From: Bispira polyomma
Taxonomy: Eukaryota
Direction of reading: 5' to 3'
Assembly (NCBI GenBank): GCA_965649765.1
Contig: OZ287752.1
Coordinates: forward strand, 54,498,001 to 54,562,000
Length of the DNA stretch: 64,000 nt
Under the pieces are notes generated by a model, which saw only the letters and a program-made list of their open reading frames with translations, was not told the DNA's origin and searched no databases. Numbering within the stretch: the stretch's first letter is position 1; each line of letters opens with the position of its first letter. The translations under genes were made by a program, and so were the position numbers. Of this stretch, positions 1-12,099 are shown one piece after another.

Positions 1-3000
1 GTTACAATTGTTACTTTCAGAGTTTGGTGTTAAATCCTGGGAGGGATTTGTACATATAGCAAAATTATTTTCATTTCTTTTTTTATTAAAACAAAAATCA
101 TCTCTTTCTACACGATTTGATATGTTAAGATATTAATGTAATCTTTTAATGCAATACAGGTTATATGGCTTATTTAACGATAACAGAACATCCATGACGA
201 GGTGACCAAACATGGTTAAATAACAGAAGTCTGCTGGTGTATCCTACAAATATGAAACATTACTTGGCTATTCCTGATCTCACGAGAGGTCATTTCTGGG
301 GAGGGGGGGGGGACAATTTCGAAGTTAATTAATTTATTTTAAATAATGCTTTTATATATTACTGTTCAAACATATTTAACTTAAAAAATAAGTCTGATAT
401 GGGAAGAATTTTAAGCAGTACATGTGAGTTTATTTTTGCCTGCAAAATGAGACATTTGTGAGGTGGGTCAATTAACTTCAGATCACCTGCCCTATCTTTA
501 AAGCCGCCATGCATATGTAGTAATGAAAAAGGTGCTTTCTGTTCATTCTGTTTTTTTAAATAAATGCACATGTAAAAATGAATCACACAATAAATTGAAA
601 TTGCAAGGCACAGCAATCAACAACAAAAAGTAAATATTAAGTCAACCACAGACATAGGAAGTTTATTTGGCACCTGCTAGTCTCTGATTTGCTTTTTATT
701 TCTGGTTACCAGTCACGTGATTAGTAAATAGAATAGTATTTGTGAAGGTCAAACATACGAAGAAAAAAAAGGTCTAGCAGAAATGAAAGAGAAAAGTATC
801 TATTTAACCCAAATATTGATAATATTTATTTGTGCTTAAGAACATATTTATTTTCTGAATTTCTCTCCCAGGTCACCATTCATATTTCTCTTTCTATAAA
901 ACGTAAACCTGAGTAGACTTTGATTTATTTGTCCTACAAAGTTCTGTATACAAGTCCAGATTACTCCATCAAGTGTTTGACAACCACATACACACAACCA
1001 CTGTAGGTCCCTAGCACTTCCTTGCACTCATTTGTCTTCACAAACTGGTGAGATCTGACCATGGACAACATTCCTCAGTCGTCGAGTGGATTATTTACGC
1101 AACTTTTATCTGAGCTCTCTAACTTCTGAGCACTTTACCAGTTACTAGCTACTAAAAAACTACTATATATCGAATCTACAGTTTTATTTTATATCAATCA
1201 ATCTCTTTCTGGTACAATTCTGTAACAGAGTAGTATGCAAAAACAGCTTTACAATTTCTATATTTCTATCTTAACATCACACATTTGGTAATATTAGTTT
1301 TCAATTTTTATAAACACGTATTTCATGTTTTACATTTATGAGCATTTGACGATAATGATATTTTAGAACATACATTCAAAAGGTAAAAGTGTATTTTACA
1401 TGCACAAGCAAAATTCAAACAAAAATATAATATTTAATGGCCAAAAATGTTGATCAAAAGTGTTTTCGTGGTACTATTAAGTTCTAAATCTATTTTAAAC
1501 ATCACTAATATTTGCCACAAAAAAACATAGATTTGAAAGAACACTGAAGATAAACATGTACTTTAACAAACATAAATATTTCATGTGTATTAATTAAATA
1601 TTAGTCAAATATATATATTTTTTAAAATTTTGAAGCTAAGTAAAGGAAAAGAGAGTCCAGATTTGATAAAATTGCCCTACTTTTTGACTGATGAACTTGC
1701 TTATCAGTTATTACTCATTCAATATCACCTAACATTTCACAACACACACAAGACCCCCCTTTCAGTACACAACCGTGAGAGCCACTTAGTAATTCCACCC
1801 ACCAAGTGAACTGACATTTAATTACCATATAACTTCATAATATTTGGTAGAGAAGCTGAGGTTTTGAATGACAGCTGTAATGAAAGCATTGAGCTAGGCT
1901 TTCACCATTATACAAAAGCTTGAGAAACCTATTTGTCCCAGGTTTATATAGGTTTACATCAACATCATGCTTCTTGTTCATCAACTTTCAGCAAAATATG
2001 CAATCTTTTGGCATTTCCTGTTACATTGCCAAAAAACACCTTCTCTTTCAAAAATATGGAAGTTACAAAGTCAAAATACAAACATACGCAAAGCTTTACC
2101 CAAACATACATTGCTGCATATCAAACGTATAGTGGTTTTTAGCAAATGATGAATGATTAAATTTTGCACAAAATGTGTATGACCAAAGCTTCCGATATTT
2201 GTTAGGGTGTTCTCTACTTGAAAATAGAGTGGCGTTATCCGGTTCCCAAACCTCACCTACTTAGATTACATCCTTATTGTACAGTTATACTTATACATAT
2301 ATAGTTGTGTCTAAAATGCCATTAATTCTAAGATCCTTTTTAAGATTATTGGAAAATAGTAGACACATATTTCAATCGGAAAGTGCCAGGTTTAATTTAA
2401 TTATTGTAAGACTACTTGGGGTTTATACAAATTCATTACGGAACATAACACCATAGCAATATTTTATATGTTTACATATATCATAGACATACGCACAAAT
2501 ATACCATATAATATAGACAATGTGTCGAAAAACATGGATGGTTACTACTGATTGTTCAACATGTTTGGTGCTTTTAAAAAAAACTGTATGTTTTAAAACG
2601 TTATCACCATGTGAGTCATAAATCTTCAATATAACCTTACTATTAGTCTTGCTGAACAACAAAAGATTGTTTCAAACATTATAGCTTTGTTTTACTATAT
2701 TTCAGAGTTATAATTCATACCACAAGACTCAGTTACTGCTATGGTAGTCATGATGATAATACTGACATACAAGTTAAGAGAAGTAAGTCAACTATAACAC
2801 CTTAGGTAAATGTAAACTATATCTACTAAAACACTTGTCGTCCAGCACAGAATGAATGACAACAATAACTATTTATAATATGTCTGTGAAGTTCACTGGT
2901 ATCTGTACATTATCTGAGATCTTGACATATAAAAACCATTCTTATTTCTGTAGACAAGTTTCATTTTTCACATTAGACCAAATGTGCCGCTACATGTATT

Positions 3001-3069
3001 ATTTACAATTATGCTTGTTGCCTACTTCTAGTTAAATCTGTATAGAATCATTGCAGTCCACGTGCACCG

Positions 3070-3268
3070 CCCTCCAAAATGGACGCTATTCGCCCCCCCC
3101 TCCCCCCAAATGACCTACTTATAAAACAGCCCATTGGTTGAAAATATCCCCTGCCTCCCGTTCTTTTAGATGAATGATTTCATAGTCCTGTCCCTCCAGC
3201 ATGGCCGCCATTTGTTTATTTCCCCTACTTATATAACAGCCCATAGGTTGAAAATATCGTCTGCCTCC
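3070..3268. repeat. Diverged direct duplication with a 45-bp conserved core (present in all units)
   Basis: cctacttata.aacagcccat.ggttgaaaatatc..ctgcctcc at 3114-3158 and 3224-3268 (41/45 identical), each preceded by a ccctcca..atgg.cgc.att block. Confidence 0.85.
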
Positions 3269-4061
3269 TTTTTTCCAGGCCGGCAGCTTTCTCAGTCTCT
3301 TCCTGTTCCCTATGGACCACTATCTCCACACTTTCTCTGGGTGACAGGTACCTGAGATTGACCACATCTACTGGACAGTTCAGACTGTCTAGCCTGGCAT
3401 GTAAACTAGCCTTTCTGGTCTCGGGATTGGGTTGTTTCAAATCCATTCTGCACTTTTTGTTGTACATATTACTATCACCTTTAAGAAGAGATAAAACAGC
3501 TTTTTCTGTTAACAATATTGTTATAAATTCACAACCACACTGAACAAATATTTTTATACTATACACTTGCAACAGTATTTTGCACAAGTTAAATTTTCTT
3601 GTAGTTTAATTATATTTTTACGAACAATCCCTGAAACGTTTGTTCTCTAGCATTAAACAAATGTTGTTTTTTTTTATCACAATTGTTTGTTTAAATAGCT
3701 ATCTATCTAACTTCTATTTAGTTTATTCTTAAATAAGCTACCAACACCACACGATGTTCGAACATAGACACTCTGATTTACTCAGAGCATTGTGCATTGA
3801 TGGAGCATAATATATATGAAACTGATGGCATTGATGGACACAAGAGTAAGTAATGAGAGTTGAGTAAGACATTCAGCCTTCTTCACAAAACAAAAGCATG
3901 ACTGGATGTGTTCATCAAATTACTGATTTATCTGGACCACATTTCTGCTTCCTTTCAAAGACCTCTGGGTATAAATTGACCTTAGCATAATTTTTACTTT
4001 TCCTGGTTGAGCATTGCAAACTTGGACAGATTCCCTATAATGAATATGGGAGTACTATTTA

Positions 4062-4065
<4 letters not shown>

Positions 4066-4115
<50 letters not shown>
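4066..4115. repeat. (AT)25 microsatellite
   Basis: Directly visible. Confidence 0.98.
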
Positions 4116-4117
<2 letters not shown>

Positions 4118-4484
4118 GGTATTCTTCTCGCTGGGGTCATCCGGGTGGTTAGATAGGCTAGGCTAATATTCTCAAAAAAAATTGTGAGGCAGAGGAAATT
4201 CACATTCGATACAAAAGCCAAGGTGACACTTACGTCTAGCAATAAGTAATTCAGTAAAGTGGTATGTTCGCTTAACCATGATCAACATTACAACCTTACT
4301 GAAAAATAATGGGCGTTATAATCCTCTTGGTGAGCATTCTGAATATCTATTTTTTTTTTTCAAAATGACTGTCAAGTTGTAGAAATTGGTTTAGTGTTGG
4401 TATTAATAGAAACATCATTTCATTAAAAAAAGGGATTATAATTCACACAAATTAAGGCAATTTTTGATACTAAATAAATAATAA

Positions 4485-4795
4485 TTGTAATGATAGTTGT
4501 CACCTGATATAGTTATGAACAACACTGTTATTTAATGTGCTATGACATTATTACCCCACCCTGGGTTCTTCTACTTGTCAAATAATAGTTCACTCTCAGC
4601 TCCCTTAGGGAGAATACTGGCCATGCCGCCACACATACAGAGCACAAACACCACTTTAGTGGCCAGGTACCCATTTATACACGTGGGTAGAGAGGGACAA
4701 CTTCGTGCATATTCCAAGGATAACCAGGCCAGCAGCGAGCATCGAATCTCGACCTTCACATCCAAAGTACACTCTAACCAATAGGCCACAGAGTG
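4485..4795 (-). mobile_element. tRNA-derived SINE with CORE-like central domain
   Basis: Minus strand: A-box-like tggcctattggttag, B-box-like gagattcgatgc, central tccttgg...ccctctctacccacgtgtataaatgggtacc resembling invertebrate CORE-SINEs, and an (ATT)n-like tail. Confidence 0.75.
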
Positions 4796-4799
4796 GTTA

Positions 4800-5360
4800 T
4801 AATAATAATAACAATAAATATATTATATAGCGTTCAACTGGTACATAAGAAAAATAAATAAAAAAATTCTGTGTTCTCTGGCGCTTGTCTTCTGAAATAA
4901 ATGAGCTTTTAGCTGTTTGCTGAATAGGTTGTGGCTGTCTGTTTTTCTGAGGTAGTCTGGATGAGAGTTCTGTGAGTTTGACCCAAATACAGTAAAACTA
5001 CAGTCAGCAAGTGTCGGAACATCCAATAGATAGTAGTGTTTTTTTTCATCTAACAGGATAGTCGCAGTTTTTTTTTATTGAATTCGATTCTGTTAATATC
5101 TCGGTGCTTTCTGGTGAATACATTTATGGACTGTTGTCAAAATTGAAACAAAATTCTGTAGCGAATTGGAAGCTAGTGGAGTGTCTTTAGTGCTCTTGAA
5201 CTACTAGTGTTATTTGTCTTATTTTAGCACATGCTTTGCTGCTGCATTTGGCAATTTTTGCATCATTTTAGTCTATTTCTCAGGCAAGGCCATAAAGATA
5301 TCATTGCAGTAGTCCAGATGGAATAGAACAAGGCCATACACTACTTGTTTGCATTCTTTT
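4800..5360 (-). mobile_element. Decayed L2/CR1-clade LINE, 3' end of ORF2 plus tail
   Basis: Minus-strand pieces KQVVYGLVLFHLDYCNDIFMALPEK*TKMMQKLPNAAAKHVL, ALKTLH*LPIRYRILF, TVHKCIHQKAPRY and ADCSFTVFG..NSHPDYLRKTDSHNLFSKQLKAHLF match L2 C-terminal motifs (LDYCN, QNAAAR, LHWLP, WNSLP, FKxxLKTxLF). Contains stops and frameshifts; ends in gctatata...attattatta. Confidence 0.9.
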
Positions 5361-8300
5361 GCATTTGCATTTAAACAATTTAAGTTGTTAATACAAAAAA
5401 ATGTGTCAGAGGCACTAACAGTGGCATACTTACAATATAAACTATTTTGTGAATATCAATTAATGCTGCACACACTAATAGTGATATTCCATTAATTCCC
5501 ATTGAACGAAAATATCCGGCAAAACATCACCCCCATCTTGTATATAAGGATTATCAATTGGGCCAAGAAGAACCATCCATCATTAGATTAGAGTCTTTAT
5601 CAACGAAAAGCAGGATTTTTTGTCTCCTTTTTTGTTTTGTTTTATTACACCCCACAGCAGCTGCAAAACGTTATACACCCCACGATGACTCTCTGAAGAG
5701 ACAAGGAGAATCAACAAAAAAATGATTTTATTGTTTCTAAGCAGCATTGAATCCTACCAATACACACAGGTGTTTCCCTTCCACCAATTTATCACACTTC
5801 CCCATAGACATCTAGCCTTCACTAAGGCTCAGAATGTGCCAGAAGGCCACATATAGAGATAGCTATTTTGTATAAGAGACCTAATGGCTTTAACATTCGC
5901 TTATGGGTGGTCTCCTATGGTCTACTGGTTAGGAATTTGGTCTGATGAGCAAAAGGTCCCCAGTTTGACACCTAGTTGGCGGAGTTGGTCTGTTGAACAG
6001 GATATACTGCCAAAGTTGCAATGTCCATTTGGGATAACATTCGCTTGCAAGATATGAACACGTCATTGTTTACTGATGATGTTGACCAAGGCTATGCTGT
6101 AGGATTATGCATTCTGTAGAATCAGCATCATAGAGGGTGATATCTCAATAGGATGTGATATAAATGTTCAATAATACTAAACTAAACATGAACCCAGGGA
6201 ACCATTTAAAATGATGATCCTCTGTCACTTGGGTCTCATTCCCAGTGGCAGGCTTATAAGGACCTTGTGGACATTGATTAATGGTGTCATCTTCAAGTTG
6301 CAGTCTTCAGGTAGGTTCACAACTTTGCAAGAACTAGAATTTAAACGCATCAATTGCAACATTAATTGGCAAAACTCTTTAATTTTGCCAGATATATTAC
6401 TTTGGGGGTAAATAGACTTTGACTGAATGGCATTTGAAATAGGTCGTTCTAGTTTGTAAATACAACACACTGTGTATATGTAATTCTGCAGTACAGTCAC
6501 AGCCAACAACCAAAAGATGAGGCCATTGCATTATTAGAATAGGGAGCATGGTTGTGACCAAACGAAGATAATGGAACAGTCTGTCTCCCAGTACATAAAT
6601 ACACCTAAACCAATTAATAATTTAAATTGACCTACCCACTAAAAATGATGGTACAATAATAGCATACATTGTGTACAGCATTATGGAGTGGATGGCATTT
6701 TGGGTTTTCAACATCTTAAATGAATGCCAAGCAGCTTCATTGTAATGATGTTAATGGTTCTTGGGGCGCTGCTGACAACCTGTGATGCCTGATAAAAATT
6801 ATTGGTATTTGTATTCACAGTTACAGTCCGTGCAGTATCGGTCATTATCTGCCAACCTGACGATTTAGATGAGGTAATAAAAATTTGGCCCAAAGGTCAA
6901 ACAGGTTTTTTGGTGTAGAAGCAGTTTTGACCTGTCTGTTATTAATGTTTTAATTCTGTTTGGTTTAGTACTAACATAGATTGATGTATATTCTTTTTCT
7001 TACTGTCATTAAATTGGTACGCTTGGGTGTACTGGCATTACTGCTTGCTACACCCCTGTAATAAAAGAGATCTCAGTTTTATCAGCCGAACAATATCGAT
7101 TTTAAGAGCTGATAATGTCATTATCAGCTGTGAATGATAAATATGCACAACTAAGGAGCCTGTATTGACATGATAATCTGTTAGTAGCGCCCTGCTTACT
7201 GGTATCATAGTATTTATTATACACCTACTAATATTGTATATACCATAATGAGTGATAATATTGAAAACCTCAATTTATATATATTAACACAAAATTGTCA
7301 AAAAGACATTGTCAAAGTATCTTGTACAAGTGTGGGAAAAGCGTAAGGAAATTTGATCTAAACAGTTGTTTCAAGGTTGATTTAGAATTGGTTACATACA
7401 TGTATAACAAAGGATTTATGAGTATATAATATGACCAGTAAAAAATGTATATGTGTTTAAAGTGACATATAAGCCCAAAAATTGTATTTTTTTTTAATTA
7501 CATGTCACTATAATAAAAATATATATCTATCTGCATCACTTAATGCAAATCTAATGCACCTACCAATGCCCTAAGGCCCCAAAAAAATGAAAATAAAATT
7601 CTTGGATCTGCCTGGATCACCCAACGAAGTGTCATGTTTGCTGTAAACAAACGGTAAAAACAAATCCTTATTGGCTGATGTACTAAAGATATAACACATT
7701 CTGTCACCTGGCTTTTAAAAACAACTTAAAATGACCGACTACACGACACAACAAATATGTATATATAGCCTGCTCCCGACACGACATTACACAGCAATTA
7801 AACTTGGAGAAATCTCTTCAAAACTGCTGTGTTGTTGTTTATATCGTACAGTATCCATATGATGTTTATATATACAGCTGTTGTTAATATGTATTTTATA
7901 TGGATTATGTAGTGGTGTTTCATGTAAACAGTACTGTTGTGCCTTGACGTGTCGTCCCCTGTAGTGTAGTACAGTGCCTTGGTTTCTAAACCCCTGTTTC
8001 TGCATAGTTGAAAGCGATGTAAAAAACCAAAATTCTGACTGAGATCTTTTGCTTATCCCTGTGTTTTAGCCCAACGATAGTTACCATAAGCAATATATTG
8101 CGCATACAAATACTGTTCTTGAAAATTCAATAATCAAATACAGCAGATCTAAAGGCTCATAACTCAGTCAAGGCACCAACGGGACAAGAACATTTGTTGT
8201 TTTATGTAATCCTAAGGTAAAGATCGAAAGAACAGAGACAAAACATCACCTCTTTGTCAGTTTAATATCCAATGTTTTTTAGTCTCTAACAGACTCTAAG

Positions 8301-8739
8301 AACTGGTATAACTTATGGTTTTTATGTAACAGACAATTTCACCTTCTGAACATCAAAGTGCCCTGAGCAAAGTTGCTGTGACTAACCTATCTGTGAACAT
8401 TTAAAGGAATCGTGATCAGTAGAAACAGAGAGGAAGTTCTATCATTTATTGAATTACATTAGGCTTTTTTTTTTTTTTGGTGAATGCCAAAATTACAAGT
8501 TGTACTGCCTAAAACGCCTTTGAATCTTTACCTTTTCATCTTTTTTGTGAGAACTGTAAATAATTAGCTTGAACAATAAACCTAAAATAATAAAGTATTA
8601 GGTAGCCTTACGTGCACTGTTTCAACAACAGCACCTCTTATATATTAACTAAGAATATGAAGACCATGAAAGAAAACATATTAGGAAATACTAATATTTA
8701 TACTAAGTTAAAAGCTACACCTATATACACACTGAACAG

Positions 8740-9013
8740 TAGGGCCACCTTTAACAATTTAAGTTCAGTCACTTAAGGTGACTTTAAATTACCTTAGGTT
8801 ACTAACTTTGTGGTGACCTTAAACCGAGGTCACCTTAGCACAAGTTAAGGTTTGATTCACTTTGTGTTGAATGTATAAAAGTATGTGGTCATCTGTGGTG
8901 ACCTTATACTAAATTAAAGTATTGTTAACTTACCAACTTTTTAGATAAAGTTAACTTTAAATACATGAAGTTAAGTCTAAATATAGATTTACTGCTCTAT
9001 TGAGGTGGCCCTA
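8740..9013. mobile_element. MITE-like non-autonomous DNA element
   Basis: Perfect 11-bp inverted termini tagggccacct (8740-8750) / aggtggcccta (9003-9013), the outer TA possibly a target duplication. Internal palindromes gtcacttaaggtgac and ggtgacct..aggtcacc. Confidence 0.7.
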
Positions 9014-9381
9014 AATATATAACTTTGAGAAATTGTAAAAATATAGATATATGTAAAGAAAAGAAAGAGCCCCCTTATGACCAGATGTGTTAGCTAATGG
9101 CTAAAACTTAACTCAAACTAGCAATAATTCTTCAGTCCATGCTACAGCATCACTTAGCTCACTAGAACCTTACATGACTGCGACAGCCCGTTGTTACATC
9201 AATCATCATGGCCAAACTATATTATGCAAACATATATTTTTCTCTTGACTGGCTGTAGTAATCCATGTTTGCCTTGCGTGCTTTTGGCTGCTTTGAGTAT
9301 TATTGGATCACTTGTTGGAGCCAGGGTGTGTGAAACTACAAACTACCTGTGAAATATAGTTTACAATGTTTAAACAAAACG

Positions 9382-9556
9382 CCAAATTAAAACGCAATAT
9401 GCAAAATTGTTACACTTTGATTCAAACTAAACCACTCTTTGTCAAATTACACCATCCCCCAAATTGCAACCTATTGTACCAAATTACTTCATATCCTTGT
9501 ACCATATTATGACACCACTTACCAAATTAAAATACAATGTGCCAAACTAAAACACA
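9382..9556 (+). repeat. Degenerate 20-bp-period array of a CCAAATT-like motif (all units)
   Basis: Motif at 9382, 9402, 9422, 9442, 9459, 9479, 9502, 9522 and 9542. Confidence 0.75.
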
Positions 9557-10822
9557 TTTAAAATTTGAACGATGATGATAGCTCATGTATCCGTTATGTA
9601 GACAGGTGCAGGTCGACACCATGGAGACGCTGGGAAGCTGACCCATGGAATGGTGGAAAAGCCTTGCTAAACAGACAGGTATTGGACATCTGTATGAAAC
9701 AGGGCAGAGAGGCAGAGTGATTCCACACGTTAAGAAGCATCATAAGCAAAAGTATGCTTGAAATGTGTTATTTATTTATGAACTGATGGATTAAAAATTT
9801 AAAAATTGGACCTAATTTGCCTGGTATTGTGTAAACGTGTATGAGGAGAAAGGTGTGGGCCAAAAATGCTGCAGTTAGAAACTTGTAAATTAAATGACTG
9901 TTTTAAAGATTGAACATTATCTGCCAAATTAAAACACTTGTTTACACTGGAACATGGACACACACACTGTTCTATTCTATAATTTTTTTCTGTGAAGGTC
10001 ATACACCTGCCATATATTGCCTGATATTCCTGGTGCACTATCATAGTCCAGAGCCAAGGCAATATTTTAAGAAAAAATACTGTAGTACTTCAGGCAAGTA
10101 TGGTTAAATAAATGTTTGGTGAAATAAAAACTTCTTTTACTTTACAAAAACGTAAGATATGTGAACTAATTTCAAGAGGAACTGAATTCCAAAGCAGCCA
10201 TGTTACGTGACAAAATGAATTCCACACCTGTTCTAGTCAAACTTGGAGATATTTGACACATACTAAATGATGATACATATTAGAGTATAATGAGAGGGAT
10301 ATGTCATAGGTTCTTAAGAGCTCTTCATAATCAAATGTATTTGCTTTTTCCAATAATACTCCCCCCCCCCTCCTGCATTTACTAAGGCGTCTAAGTCACT
10401 GTTTTTTCCTGAACCAAAGTGAAAGTAAATCCCAAAGACAAACAGTAAGCAAGAAAAGCAAAGAATTAGAGTGACACCAAAGAAGGCTTGTAAACTGAAA
10501 CTCTCCTCACAAAGAGAAGTTTACTGTAAGACCTTGTATTATTGTCACCCTGAGAAACTGTAACTCTGCACAGTGTAATTGTACTTCTCTTTGGGTAAAT
10601 GGAAAATAATACTGTAAAATTAAAGACTGAGCATGTCTACCTTATGGTAAAGTAAAGAGTGGGCTTCCGATGATATAATAGATGATCATCGAAAGGAAAG
10701 CCATTCTTCAATTATCAATAGTGTACAGGGCCTTTATTTTTATTTTAATGATTTCTGTTTGAGCAATTTTTTCTTAAATTTCACATTCATGGGGTTCATG
10801 GTTCATGGGCTTCATGGTTCAT

Positions 10823-11027
10823 GGTGGTGGACTAGTGGTTAAATGTGTTAACTTTACAATCACTGGTCTCTCACTAAATTGGGTTCGAATCCTGCTTGTT
10901 TCTTTGGGTGGGGAAGTTTGGCAGGTACTTGCAAACAGGTCATTGCTTGCTTCAGGTACGATTTCTTCCACCATTAAATCTGGCAGTCATGATATAACCT
11001 AAGCGACGTAAAATCAAACTAAATTTA
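10823..11027 (+). mobile_element. tRNA-derived SINE, older diverged member (MetaSINE-like body)
   Basis: A box tggactagtgg, B box ggttcgaatcc. Shares acaatcactggtctctcac and the atataaccta..gacgt.aaa 3' end with the SINEs at 11277 and 18168. Confidence 0.75.
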
Positions 11028-11276
11028 AATACACACACTTGCCAGTAATTTAACACACTGCACACTTTCTTTTTGTAATTTTAAGGAAACACTAAACTTA
11101 ATTTTACGATTACCATATATTAATAGTCTTAATGCAGGGGCATGTGTAGAAGCTTGTGTAGAAGCCAGTACGCAAAAGCATACCAATTTTATGACAGAAT
11201 GAGCCCCCCCACCCCCACCCCACCCCCAACGAATTTATGTTAGTACAAAAAAAAACAAACATAATAGTTTGATACA

Positions 11277-11520
11277 TTAGCAAGCATTGCGCTTCACAAT
11301 CACTGGTCTCTCACCTCTGGGCGACGTGAGTTCGAATCCCGTCAATACCTATGTGGGAAAGGTGGTAGTTCTTTACTGTTGGCCGCTAGTTTCAGTGCAG
11401 AACCTTGATCAACTGTATGCAGTGTTTCCTCCAGCGTTTCCAACTACCCGTCCCAATATAACCTAAACAGGTACTAGAGTGGACGTTAAATATCCAAATT
11501 AAAAAAAAAAATAAATAAAT
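11277..11520 (+). mobile_element. 5'-truncated tRNA-derived SINE
   Basis: Highly similar over ~220 bp to 18188-18420. B box gagttcgaatccc present, A box lost, A-rich tail. Confidence 0.88.
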
Positions 11521-11639
11521 ATAGAAGTAAAACATTAACATTAAATTGGGGTATACCAAATGAAAAATCCTAACTACTCCCCTGTAATGTTATGGAAACT
11601 TTAACATATGAATTGCAAAAAAATGGGTTTGTCCAATTT

Positions 11640-12099
11640 TTACCTAATATTAGGTCGATTAAGCACCTTTGGTTCACATTAGCGATACTCTTTCTTCAAT
11701 AGATGTAAAATCATCAATTTAATTGAACTGAAACAAGCTTTACAGGAAATGTGGAAAACTTTACCCAATACTTTGGAGGCGAATGTTCAAAGCCTGCCTC
11801 GAAGGATGGCAGCTAATGTACAGACCAAGGGGACAGACCAGAGGCTTTGATAAAAAATACTGAAAAAATTAGCTTTTTTAAAAATATCATTGATTTGGTT
11901 TGTAACTTAAATTTAACAGTTGTGAAGTTTGTTTTAAATGTAGTTTACTGTAACTGTGACAACTGTAATGCAAAGAAAACTTTTAAATGAAAATCATACC
12001 TACATACATATATATTAACAGATAATGTCTCAAATTTATTAAAGACTTATATATATAAAATTTGTTCAAATCTAATCTACCATTTTTAGCAACGCTGTA
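11640..12099 (+). mobile_element. Tc1/mariner transposon right-end remnant
   Basis: Translations PNIRSIKHLWFTLA (degenerate SPDLNPIEHLW) and ELKQALQEMWKTLPNTLEANVQSLPRRMAANVQTKG (Tc1 C-terminal SMPRR..V..KG). Ends in ...caacgctg-TA (12090-12099), like a Tc1 CAG terminus with TA target. Confidence 0.8.

Noticed and set aside
1920-2256. Cluster of overlapping 60-70 aa ORFs as an exon
   Set aside because: Mostly non-ATG starts, no recognisable protein and no consistent splice pair. Identity across units reflects recent duplication, not selection.
3994-4242. 82-aa ORF with IYIYIY run
   Set aside because: Translation of the (AT)n microsatellite; its length varies between units and it is not listed at all in unit 2.
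6198-6280. Peptide NDDPLSLGSHSQWQAYKDLVDID, faintly like TBC1D13/TBC1D5 motifs
   Set aside because: Short, flanked by stops, no splice context or further similarity; could be chance.
9382-9556. CRISPR-like repeat-spacer array
   Set aside because: The repeat is only ~7 bp and degenerate, spacers are ~13 bp, the context is eukaryotic and there are no cas genes.
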